Assembly (NCBI RefSeq): GCF_964204645.1
Contig: NC_134035.1
Location: forward strand, 12,308,451-12,372,450
Length of the DNA: 64,000 bases
DNA from: Tubulanus polymorphus
Taxonomy: Eukaryota; Animalia; Nemertea
Reading direction: 5' to 3'
In this document: piece by piece, positions 8,800-22,381 of the stretch
Layout of the letters: each line of letters starts with the position of its first letter
How positions within the stretch are numbered: the stretch's first letter is position 1
Notes under the pieces: generated by a model
The model's input: only the letters and a program-made list of their open reading frames with translations
Database searches by the model: none
What the model was told of the DNA's origin: nothing
Made by a program: the position numbers and the translations under genes

Positions 8800-11700
8800 T
8801 CTTCGACTGATTTTTTACCAGGTTTTGTAAGTTACCTCCCCTAAACTATCTTGCACTGGTTTCAGCCCAGGATGTTTCATTTGCTGGTTTCAGCTCAGGA
8901 ATATTATCTTAACTCTTTGAAATTTTGGTTGCTTCTCGAAATTTCTGATGATAAAATCTAGAGTCTTTTTACACCTTTTCATCCCTGGTTCCACTCCAGG
9001 AGGGGGAATATTTTAGCTAGTAAAGTACAATTGTATTGGTTATGGTTTTTTCATAGCACAAAAAAAACCCTTGCACCATTTTAGTAGATGCCATCTTGTA
9101 TCCTTTTTGATTTTTGAGAAACATCCATACTTCACACATTTGATAAAAACTTGTGCCATCTCAGGTCAATAAGAATAACCACAATGCAACAGCACTGCAC
9201 AGTGCTAGTTTTAGGTGTCAGCACAAATAAAATACCACAGTACCAGCAATTATAATAATTCGCATATATATTCTATAAAGACTAGCGCCATTTTATTAGA
9301 TGAAGATATCTTGTACCCTTTTAAAATTTGACTAACAACTCGCGCCATTTTTTAAGATGAAATCTCAGATGAATAACCGAAGTGCATCTAGACCACCCAA
9401 TGTCAAGGTAAGTTGTAGGTTTAAGGTGACAGCAATCAGACACTTCACAGATAAAACACGCAATACTTCACACATTTGATAAAAACTCGCGCCATTTTTT
9501 AAGATGAAATCTCAGATGAATAACCGAAGTACATCAAGACCACCCAATGTCAAGGTATGTTGTAGGTTTAAGGTGACCGCATTCAGACACTTCACAGATA
9601 AAACACGCAATACTTCACACATTTGATAAAAACTCACGCCATTTTTTTAGATGATGATGTCTTTAGTTTATGAAAAAACCCAAGAACTTTTGGACTGATT
9701 CTTCACCAGGTTTTGCAAATTACTTCCGCTACTCCTTTGCACTCCTTTCAGCCCAGGAATATCATCTGATCATAATTACTGAAATTTTAGTTGGTTCTTG
9801 AAACTTCCGGAGTCTAACACGCTTTAGTGCAGGCTTTTATTACTGGTTCATCACTTTTTAGAATCGATTGTAGTCAAGTCTTTTAGTTTCAAATATTGAC
9901 TTTGCTTCACAGATAAAAGTCCACAGTTAAACGTCAATAATTCACATATTTGATAAAAACTCGCGCCCCTTTATTAGATGAAGATATCTTGTATCCTTTT
10001 TAAATGTTTGGAAAAAACTCGCACCATTTTCATCGGTGACAATTCTTGCATTGATCCTTTTTAAATTTTTGTTTAAGAACAGTACCAGCAATCATCATAA
10101 TTCACACATTTGATTAAGACTCGCGCCATTCTATTAGTTGAAAAAACTCGCGCCGTTTTATACCATGAAGATATCTTGTACCCTTTTAAAATTTGAATAA
10201 CAACTCGCGCCATTTTTTAAGATGAAATCTCAGATGAATAACCGAAGTGCATCTAGACTACCCAATGTCAAGGTATGTTGTAGGTTTAAGGTGACCGCAT
10301 TCAGACACTTCACAGATAAAACACGCAATACTTCACACATTAGATAAAAACTCGCGCCATTTTTTAGGTGATGATGCTTTAGTGCAGGCTTTTATTACTG
10401 TTTCATCACTTTTTAGAATCGATTGTAGTCAAGTCTTCTAGTTTCAAATAATGACTTTACTTCACAGATAAAAGTCCACAGTTCAACGTCAATAATTCAC
10501 ATATTTGATAAAAACTCGCGCCATTTTATTAGATGAAGATATCTTGTATCCTTTTCAAATGTTTGGAAAAAACTCGCGCCATTTTCACCATTCTTGCATT
10601 GATCCTTTTTAAATTTTTCTGTAAGAACTCGCGCCATTTTTATTAGATGAAATTTCAGATGATCAACAAGACTGTACATTGTCAAGGTGCTTTATAGGTT
10701 TTTCGTTGACAGGATTCCCTAAATTCACAGATAAGAAAACAGTACCGGCAATCATAACAATTATTTGATTAAGACTCGTGCCATTTTATGAGATGTTTTA
10801 TGGGATGAAGATATCTTGTATTCATTTGAATGCTTGAAGAAAATCTCGCGCCATTTTATAAGACAAAATCTCAGGTGAATATCCAAAGTTAATCAAGACT
10901 ACAACACGTTGTCAAGGTATGTTATAGGTTTTAGTTATAATCACAATACTCCACACATGTAATGAATACTCGTTCCATTTTATATAGGATGATGATATCT
11001 TGTATCTTTATTGATAAAATCTGCCCCTTACTGAAATGAAATTGCACCATTTTGTGAGATGAAATTCCGTGAAATTTCATTACATCAAATCTCATGAATG
11101 TCCACACAATCCACACAGCACCTGCATCTAGACTTCACACATTCGCTAAAAAACTTGCTCCATTTTGTAAGACGATGAAATCTTGGATGAATAACCACAG
11201 TGCATTAATGCTATTTAGTAGCAAGGTATGTCTATCAAATAGCCTATAGGTTTTAGGTGACAGCGCTTCCAGACTTCACATAAACAGAGCACATCATAAA
11301 TTCACATATTTGATAAAAACTCTTCATGAGATGATGAGATCTTGTATCCTCTTCAACATAAAAAAGAGCGCGCCATTTTGTCAGATGGAACAGCGAGCCG
11401 TTTTATTGGATGGAACCTCGCGCCATTTCTGGAATAACCCGATGAATGACCACAACGCATTAACACTATACTCAGTTCCAATGTACTGTATAGGTTTTAG
11501 ATGACTGCACTCTAAGACTTCACAAATAGATTACCACAGTACCAGCAATCATCATAATTCACACATTTGATTAAGACTCGCGCCATTTTATTAGTTGAAA
11601 AAACTCACGCCATTCTATAAGATGAAGATATCTTGTACCCTTTTAAAATTTGAATAAAAACTCGGGCCATTTTTTAAGATGAAATCTCAGATGAATAACC

Positions 11701-14700
11701 GAAGTACATCAAGACTACCCAATGTCAAGGTATGTTGTATGTTTAAGGTGACAGCATTCAGACACTTCACAGATAAAACACGCAATACTTCACACATTTG
11801 ATAAAAACTTTTGCCATATCAGTTCAACCACAATGCAACAGCGCTGCACAGTGCTAGTTTTAGGTGTCAGCACAAATAAAATACCACAGTACCAGCAATT
11901 ATAATAATTCACATATTCTATAATGACTCGCGCCATTTTATTAGATGAAGATATCTAATACCCTTTTAAAATTTGAATAAAAATTCGCGCCATTTTTTAA
12001 GATGAAATCTCAGATGAATAACCGAAGTGCATCTAGACTACCCAATGTCAAGGTATGTTGTAGGTTAAAGGTGATAGCATTCAGACACTTCACAGATAAA
12101 ACACGCAATACTTCGCACATTTGATAAAAACTCACGCCAGTTTTTTAGATGATGATGTCTTTAGTTTATGAAAAAACCCAAGAACTTTTGGACTGATTCT
12201 TCACCAGGTTTTGCAAATTACTTCCGCTACTCCTTTGCACTCCTTTCAGCCCAGGAATATCATCTGATCATAATTACTGAAATTTTAGTTGGTTCTTGAA
12301 ACTTCCGGAGTCTAACACGCTTTAGTGCAGGCTTTTATTACTGGTTCATCACTTTTTAGAATCGATTGTAGTCAAGTCTTTTAGTTTCAAATATTGACTT
12401 TGCTTCACAGATAAAAGTCCACAGTTAAACGTCAATAATTCACATATTTGATAAAAACTCGCGCCACTTTATTAGATGAAGATATCTTGTATCCTTTTCA
12501 AATGTTTGGAAAAAACTCGCACCATTTTCATCGGTGACCATTCTTGCATTGATCCTTTTTAAATTTTTGTGTAAGAACTCGCGCCATTTTTATTAGATGA
12601 AATTTCAGATGATCAACAAGACTGTACATTGTCAAGGTGCTTTATAGGTTTTTCGTTGACAGGATTCCCTAAATTCACAGATAAGAAAACAGTACCGGCA
12701 ATCATAACAATTATTTGATTAAGACTCGTGCCATTTTATGAGATGTTTTATGGGATGAAGATATCTTGTATTCATTTGAATGCTTGAAGAAAATCTCGCG
12801 CCATTTTATAAGACAAAATCTCAGGTGAATATCCAAAGTTAATCAAGACTACAACACGTTGTCAAGGTATGTTATAGGTTTTAGTTATAATCACAATACT
12901 CCTCACATGTAATGAATACTCGCACCATTTTATATAGGATGAAGATATCTTGTATCTTTATTGATAAAATCTGCCCCTGTTTGAAACGAAACTGCACCAT
13001 TTTGTGAGATGAAATTCCGTGAAATTTCATTAGATTAAATCTAATGAATGTCCACACAATCCACACAGCACCTGCATCTAGACTTCACACATTCGCTAAA
13101 AAACTTACTCCATTTTGTAAGACGATGAAATCTTGGATGAATAACCACAGTGCATTAATGCTATTTAGTAGCAAGGTATGTCTATCAAAAGCCTATAGGT
13201 TTTAGGTGACAGCGCTTCCAGACTTCACATAAACAGAGCACATCATAAATTCACATATTTAATAAAAACTCTTCATAAGATGATGATATCTTGTATCCTC
13301 TTCAACATAAAAAAGAGCGCGCCATTTTGTCAGATGGAACAGCGAGCCGTTTTATTGGATGGAACCTCGCGCCATTTCTGGAATTACCTGATGAATGACC
13401 ACAACGCATAAACACTATACTCAGTTCCAAGGTACTGTATAGGTTTTAGGTGACTGCACTCTTAAGACTTCACAAATAGAATACCACAGTACCAGCAATC
13501 ATCATAATTCACACATTTGATTAAGACTCGCGCCATTTTATTAGTTGAAAAAACTTGCGCCATTTTAAACGATGAAGATATCTTGTACCCTTTTAAAATT
13601 TGAATAAAAACTCGCGCCATTTTTTAAGATGAAATCTCAGACGAATAACCGAATTACATCAAGACTACCCAATGTCAAGGTATGTTGTAGGTTTAAGGTG
13701 ACAGCATTCAGACACTTCACAGATAAAACACGCAATATTTCACACATTTGATAAAAACTTGTGCCATCTCAGGTCAATAAGAATAACCACAATGCAACAG
13801 CACTGCACAGTGCTAGTTTTAGGTGTCAGCACAAATAAAATACCACAGTACCAGCAATCATAATAATTCACATATTCTATAAAGACTCGCGCCATTTTAT
13901 TAGATGAAGATATCTAATACCCTTTTAAAATTTGAATAAAAACTCGCGCCATTTTTAAGATGAAATCTCAGATGAATAACCGAATTACATCAAGACCACC
14001 CAATGTCAAGGTATGTTGTAGGTTTAAGGTGACAGCATTCAGACGCTTCACAGATAAAACACGCAATACTTCACACATTTGATAAAAACTCACGCCATTT
14101 TTTAGGTGATGATTTTTTTAGTTTATGAAAAAACCCAAGACCTTTTGGACAGATTTTTCACCAGGTTTTGCAAATTACTTCCGCTACTCCTTTGCACTAG
14201 TTTCAGCCCAGGATGTTTGATTGCACTCCTTTCAGCCCAGGAATATCATCTGATCATAATTACTGAAATTTTAGTGGGTTGTTGAAACTTCCGGAGTCTA
14301 AAACGCTTTAGTGCAGGCTTTTATTACTGGTTCATCACTTATTAGAATCGATTGTAGTCAAGTCTTTTAGTTTCAAATATTGACTTTGCTTCACAGATAA
14401 AAGTCCACAGTTAAACGTCAATAATTCACATATTTGATAAAAACTCGCGCCACTTTATTAGATGAAGATATCTTGTATCCTTTTTAAATGTTTGGAAAAA
14501 ACTCGCACCATTTTCATCGGTGACAATTCTTGCATTGATCCTTTTTAAATTTTTGTTTAAGAACAGTACCAGCAATCATCATAATTCACACATTTGATTA
14601 AGACTCGCGCCATTCTATTAGTTGAAAAAACTCGCGCCGTTTTATACCATGAAGATATCTTGTACCCTTTTAAAATTTGAATAACAACTCGCGCCATTTT

Positions 14701-17700
14701 TTAAGATGAAATCTCAGATGAATAACCGAAGTGCATCTAGACTACCCAATGTCAAGGTATGTTGTAGGTTTAAGGTGACCGCATTCAGACACTTCACAGA
14801 TAAAACACACAAGAACACACATTTGATAAAAACTCGCGCCATTTTTTAGGTGATGATGTCTTTAGTTTATGAAAAAACCCAAGACCTTTTGGACAGATTT
14901 TTCACCAGGATTTGCAAATTACTTCCGCTACTCCTTTACACTAGTTTCAGCCCAGGATGTTTGATTGCACTCCTTTCAGCCCAGGAATATCATCTGATCA
15001 TGATTACTGAAATTTTATTTGGTTCTTGAAACTTCCGGAGTCTAACACGCTTTAGTGCAGGCTTTTATTACTGTTTCATCACTTTTTAGAATCGATTGTA
15101 GTCAAGTCTTTTAGTTTCAAATAATGACTTTACTTCACAGATAAAAGTCCACAGTTCAACGTCAATAATTCACATATTTGATAAAAACTAGCGCCATTTT
15201 ATTAGATGAAGATATCTTGTATCCTTTTCAAATGTTTGGAAAAAACTCGCGCCATTTTCATCGGTGACAATTCTTGCATTGATCCTTTTTAAATTTTTCT
15301 GTAAGAACTCGCGCCATTTTTATTAGATGAAATTTCAGATGATCAACAAGACTGTACATTGTCAAGGTGCTTTATAGGTTTTTCGTTGACAGGATTCCCT
15401 AAATTCACAGATAAGAAAACAGTACCAGCAATCATCACAATTATTTGATTTAGACTCGTGCCATTTTATGAGCTGTTTTATGGGATGAAGATATCTTGTA
15501 TTCATTTGAATGCTTGAAGAAAATCTCGCGCCATTTTATAAGACGAAATCTCAGTTGAATATCCAAAGTTAATCAAGACTACAACACGTTGTCAAGGTAT
15601 GTTATAGGTTTTAGTTAAAATCACAATACTCCACACATGTAATGAATACTCGTTCCATTTTATATAGGATGATGATATCTTGTATCTTTATTGATAAAAT
15701 CTGCCCCTCTTTGAAATGAAACTGCACCATTTTGTGAGATGAAATTCCGTGAAATTTCATTACATCAAATCTAATGAATGTCCACACAATCCACACAGCA
15801 CCTGCATCTAGACTTCACACATTCGCTAAAAAACTTGCTCCATTTTGTAAGACGATGAAATCTTGGATGAATAACCACAGTGCATTAATACTATTTAGTA
15901 GCAAGGTATGTCTATAAAATAGCCTATAGGTTTTAGGTGACAGCGCTTCCAGACTTCACATAAACAGAGCACATCATAAATTCACATATTTGATAAATAC
16001 TCTTCATGAGATGATGATATCTTGTATCCTCTTCAACATAAAAAAGAGCGTGCCGTTTTGTCAGATGGAACAGCGAGCCGTTTTATTGGATGGAACCTCG
16101 CGCCATTTCTGGAATAATCCGATGAATGACCACAACGCATTAACACTATACACAGTTCCAATGTACTGTATAGGTTTTAGGTGACTGCACTCTAAGACTT
16201 CACAAATAGAATACCACAGTACCAGCAATCATCATAATTCACACATTTGATTAAGACTCGCGCCATTTTATTAGTTGTAAAAACTCGCGCCATTTTATAA
16301 GATGAAGATATCTTGTACCCTTTTAAAATTTGAATAAAAACTCGCGCCATTTTTTGAGATGAAATCTCATATCAATAACCGAATTACATCTAGACTACCC
16401 AAGGTTAAGGTAAGTTGTAGGTTTAAGGTGACAGCATTCAGACACTTCACAGATAAAACACGCAATACTTTACACATTTGATAAAAACTCACGCCATTTT
16501 TTTAAGCGATGACGTCTTTAGTTTATGAAAAAACTCAAGACCTTTTGGACTGATTTTTCACCAGGTTTTGCAAATTACTTCCCCTACTCCTGTGCACTAG
16601 TTTCAGCCCAGGATGTTTCTTTGCACTCCTTTCAGCCCAGGAATATCATCTGATCATAATTACTGAAATTTTAGTGGGTTGTTGAAACTTCCGGAGTCTA
16701 AAACGCTTTAGTGCAGGCTTTTATTACTGGTTCATCACTTTTTAGAATCGATTGTAGTCAAGTCTTTTAGTTTCAAATATTGACTTTGCTTCACAGATAA
16801 AAGTCCACAGTTAAACGTCAATAATTCACATATTTGATAAAAACTCGCGCCATTTTATTAGATGAAGATATCTTGTATCCTTTTTAAATGTTTGGAAAAA
16901 ACTCGCACCATTTTCATCGGTGACAATTCTTGCATTGATCCTTTTTAAATTTTTGTTTAAGAACTCGCGCCATTTTTATAAGATGAAATTTCGGATGATC
17001 AACAAGACTGTACATTGTCAACGGCTTTATAGGTTTTTCGTTGACGGGATTCACTAAATTCACTGATAAAAAACCACAGTACCAGCAATCATCACAATTA
17101 TTTGATTAAGACTCGCGCCATTTTATGAGATGTTTTATGAGACGAAGATATCTTGTACTCATTTGAATGCTTGTAGAAAATCTCGCGCCATTTTATAAGA
17201 CGAAATCTCAGGTGAATATCCAAAGTTAATCAAGACTAAAACACGTTGTCAAGGTATGTTATAGGTTTTAGTTATAATCACAATACTCCACACATGTAAT
17301 GAATACTCGCACCATTTTATATAGGATGATGATATCTTGTATCTTTATTGATAAAATCTGCCCCTGTTTGAAATGAAACTGCACCATTTTGTGAGATGAA
17401 ATTCCGTGATATTTCATTATATCAAATCTAATGAATGTCCACACAATCCACACAGCACCTGCATCTAGACTTCACACATTCGCTAAAAAAACTCGCGTCA
17501 TTTTGTAAGACGATGAAATCTTGGATGAATAACCACAGTGCATTAATGCTATTTAGTAGCAAGGTATGCTATCAAATAGCCTATAGGTTTTAGGTGACAG
17601 CGCGTCCAGACTTCACATAAACAGAGCACATCATAAATTCACATATTTGATAAAAACTCTTCATGAGATGATGATATGTTGTATCCTCTTCAACATAAAA

Positions 17701-20700
17701 AAGAGCGTGCCATTTTGTCAGATGGAACAGCGAGCCGTTTTATTGGATGGAACCTCGCGCCATTTCTGGAATTACCTGATGAATGACCACAACGCATTAA
17801 CACTATACACAGTTCCAATGTACTGTATAGGTTTTAGGTGACTGCACTCTAAGACTTCACAAATAGAATACAACAGTACCAGCAATCATCATAATTCACA
17901 CATTTGATTAAGACTCGCGCCATTTTATTAGTTGAAAAAACTCGCGCCATTTTGTAAGATGGAGATATCTTGTACTTTTTTTTAAATTTGAATAAAAACT
18001 CGCGCCCATTTTTTAAGATGAAATCGCAGATGAATAACCGGATTACATCAAGACCACCCAATGTCAAGGTATGTTGTAGGTTTAAGGTGACAGCATTCAG
18101 ACACTTCACAGATAAAACACGCAATACTTCACACATTTGGTAAAAACTCACGCCATTTTTTTAGGTGATGATGTCTTTAGTTTATGAAAAAACCCAAGAC
18201 CTTTTGGACAGATTTTTCACCAGGTTTTGCAAATAACTTCCCCTACTCCTTTGCACTAGTTTCCGCCCAGGATGTTTGATTGCACTCCTTTCAGCCCAGG
18301 AATATCATCTGATCATAATTACTGAAATTTTAGTTGGTTCTTGAAACTTCCGGAGTCTAACACGCATTAGCGCAGGCTTTTATAACTGGTTCATCACTTT
18401 TTAGAATCGATTGCAGTCAAGTCTTTTAGTTTCAAATATTGACTTTGCTTCACAGATAAAAGTCCACAGTTCAACATCAATAATTCACATATTTGATAAA
18501 AACTCGCGCCATTTTATTAGATGAAGATATCTTGTATCCTTTTTAAATGTTTGGAAAAAACTCGCGCCATTTTCATCGGTGACAATACAATTCTTGCATT
18601 GATCCTTTTCAAATTTTTGTGTAAGAACTCGAGCCATTTTTATAAGATGAAATTTCAGATGATCAACAAGACTGTACATTGTCATGGTGCTTTATGGGTT
18701 TTTCGTTGACAGGATTCACTAAATTCACTGATAAAAATCCACAGTACCAGCAATCATCACAATTATTTGATTAAGACTCGCGCCATTTTATGAGATGTTT
18801 TATGAGATGAAGATATCTTGTACTAATTTGAATGCTTGTAGAAAATCTCGCGCCATTTTATAAGACGAAATCTCAGGTGAATATCCAAAGTTAATCAAGA
18901 CTACAACACGTTGTCAAGGTATGTTATAGGTTTTAGTTATAATCACAATACTCCACACATGTAATGACTACTCGTTCCATTTTATATAGGATAATGATAT
19001 CTTGTATTTTTATTGATAAAATCTGCCCCTCTTTGAAATGAAACTGCACCATTTTGTGAGATGAAATTCCGTGAAATTTCATTACATCAAATCTAATGAA
19101 TGTCCACACAATCCACACAGCACCTGCATCTAGACTTCACACATTCGCTAAAAAACTTGCTCCATTTTGTAAGACGATGAAATCTTGGATGAATAACCAC
19201 AGTGCATTAATGCTATTTAGTAGCAAGGTATGTCTATAAAATAGCCTATAGGTTTTAGGTGACAGCGCTTCCAGACTTCACATAAACAGAGCACATCATA
19301 AATTCACATATTTGATAAAAACTCTTCATGAGATGATGATATGTTGTATCCTCTTCAACATAAAAAAGAGCGCGCCATTTTGTCAGATGGAACAGCGAGC
19401 CGTTTTATTGGATGGAACCTCGCGCCATTTCTGGAATAACCTGATGAATGACCACAACGCATTAACACTATACTCAGTTCCAAGGTACTGTATAGGTTTT
19501 AGGTGACTGCACTCTAAGACTTCACAAATAGAATACCGCAGTACCAGCAATCATCATAATTCACACATTTGATTAAGTCTCGCGCCATTTTATTAGTTGA
19601 TAAAACTCGCGCCATTTTATGAGATGTCAGAATTCTCTGATGAATAACCTAAGTGAGTCAAGACTGCACAGTTCCAAGCTCTGTTACATAGGTTTAAAGT
19701 GACAGCTGCACTCCCACACTTCACTGGTAAAAAAAAAACATTTGATACAAACTTAACTCGCGCCATTTTGTAAGACGAAATCTCGTGCCATTATATCTCA
19801 GATGATGAAATGTCGAATGGATAACCACAGTGTATTAAGACTATAGTATCAAGGACTCTTTAATCGTTTTTAGAGCCCATGAAAGTACTAACGTATTTTC
19901 AACATAAATGTGTATGCTTCCAGACTGCAGGGAAACAGACCCGAGTACCAGCAATCGTAATTCACATATTTGATAAAAACTCGCGCCAATTCATAAAATG
20001 ATCATATCTTGTATCTTTTCTGATATCAAAAAAGAGCGTGCCATTTTGTCAGATGAAACATCGAGTCGTTTTATTAGATGGAACCTCGCGCCATTGCATA
20101 AGATGGATTATCTGGTGAATGACCGCAGTGCATCAACACTACGCAGTTCCAAGGTACTGTATAAGTTTAGGTGGCAGCACTCAAAGACTTCACAAATAAA
20201 ATACCACAGTACCAGCAATCATCATAATTCACACATTCGATTAAGGCTCGCCCTATTTGTTGAGATGATGATATCTTGTATCCTTTTTAATGAAAAAAAA
20301 CCGCGCCATTTTGGGAGATGAAACTGCACCATCATATAACATCATTAAACATCGAGCCATTTTATTAGATGAAATGAATAAAAACAGGCATCAACCCTAC
20401 ACTTTACCAAGGTATGTTACAAAGGTTTAAAGTGAGTGACAGCACTCAAAGACTTCGCAAATAAAATACCACAGTACCAGCAATCATACTTCAGACACTT
20501 TATGATGATAGTGTTCTTGTGATACAAAATAACTCGTGCCTTTTTACGAAATGAAACATCGAGCAATTTTTGAGACGCAACCTCGAGCCATTTTATAAGA
20601 TAAAATCTTGTATGAGTTGTGCATCAGGTAGTCTACAGTGCATCAGGGGTATACAGTACCGAGTTATGTTTAACAAATATAGGTTTAAGGCGCTTCCAGA

Positions 20701-21100
20701 CTTCACAGAAACAGACCACGTTACCATTATTCATTTCACATTTTTGATTAAAACTCGTGCCATTTTATTAGATGATTATAACTAGGATCCTCTTTAATAT
20801 AAAAAAGAGTGTGCCATTTCATGAGGTTAACCCTCATGCCACTATTAGAAGAAACCTTGCACTATCATTATAAGATGAAACATCGCGCCATTCTATTAGA
20901 TGATGAATAACCACAGTGCATCAACACTGCGCACTACAAAGGTATGTTATCGGTTATAAGCGAGAGCAGTCCCACAAAAAGACACAATTCCAGCTTCCAA
21001 ACTTCGCTCATTGGATAAAAATCCAAGCCATTCTATACAATGATAATCTTGCTTTCTTTATACATGTAATAACAAAGTTGTGACCTTTTATGAGATGACC
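8800..21100. repeat. Complex tandem repeat / satellite: 147-bp and related modules in ~1.66-kb higher-order units (5 copies, with variable module insertions); diverged tail at about 19.6-21.1 kb
   Basis: Homologous blocks recur at 10931, 12881, 15611, 17268 and 18933 (spacings 1950, 2730, 1657, 1665); 147-bp period at 9338/9485/9632; recurrent AAAACTCGCGCCATTTT. Confidence 0.93.
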
Positions 21101-22381
21101 AACAGCCAGGCTTCCCAGGTGAATTACCACAGAACCAACGACCGGACTCCACAGATGAATTACCACAGAATCATCATCAAACTCTACCACAGATCCAACA
21201 TCCAAACTTCACATGAATAACCATAGAACCAACATCCAAACTTCACAGATGAATAACCACAGAACCAACATCCAGACTTCACCACAGAACCAATGTCCAG
21301 GCTTCACAGATGAATTATCACAGAACCAACATCAAACTCTACCACAGAACCAACATCCAAACTTCACAGATGAATATCCACAGAACCAACATCCAAACTT
21401 CACAGATGAATAACCACAGAACCAACATCAAAACTTCACAGATGAATAACCACAAAACCAACATCAAAACTTCACAGATGAATCACCACAGAACCAACAT
21501 CAGACTCTACCACAGAACCAATGTCCAGGCTTCACAGATGAATTACCACAGAACCAACATCAAACTCTACCACAAAACCAACATCCAGACTCCACAGATG
21601 AATTACCACAGAACCAACATCCAGACTTCACAGATGAATTACCACAGAACCAACATCCAGACCCCACAGATGAATTACCACAGAACCAACATCAAACTCT
21701 ACCACAGAACCAACATCCAGGCTTCACAGATGAATTGCCACAGAACCAACATCAAACTCTACCACAGAACCAACATCCAAACTCCACAGATGAATTACCA
21801 CAGGACCAACATCAAACTCTACCACAGAACCAACATCCAGACTCCACAGATGAATTACCACAGAACCAACATCAACCTCTACCACAGAACCAACATCCAG
21901 GGTTCACAAATGAATTACCACAGAACCAACATCAAACTCTACCACAGAACCAACATCCAAACTCCACAGATGAATTACCACAGGACCGACATCAAACTCT
22001 ACCACAGAACCAACATCCAGACTCCACAGATGAATTACCACAGAACCAACATCAAACTCTACCACAGAATTAACATCCAGACTCCACAGATGAATTACCA
22101 CAGAACCAACATGCAGACTCCACAGATGAATTACCAAAGAACCAACATCCAGGCTTCACAGATGAATTACCACAGAACCAACATCAAACTCTACCACAGA
22201 ACCAACATCAAACTCTACTACAGAACCAACATCCAGACTCCACAGACGAATTACCACAGAACCAACATCAAACTCTATCACAGAACCAACATCCAAACTC
22301 CAAAGATGAATTACCACAGAACCAACATCAAACTACCACACCAGACTCCAAGGTATTTATGATCTAGGTGATGCAGCTTCC

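Noticed and set aside
10497-19506. Recurrent 61-64 aa ORFs (MWIVWTF..., MIKTLHEM...) as a small-protein gene family
   Set aside because: They are chance frames in the ~1.66-kb repeat, start at non-ATG codons, and are missing from some copies.
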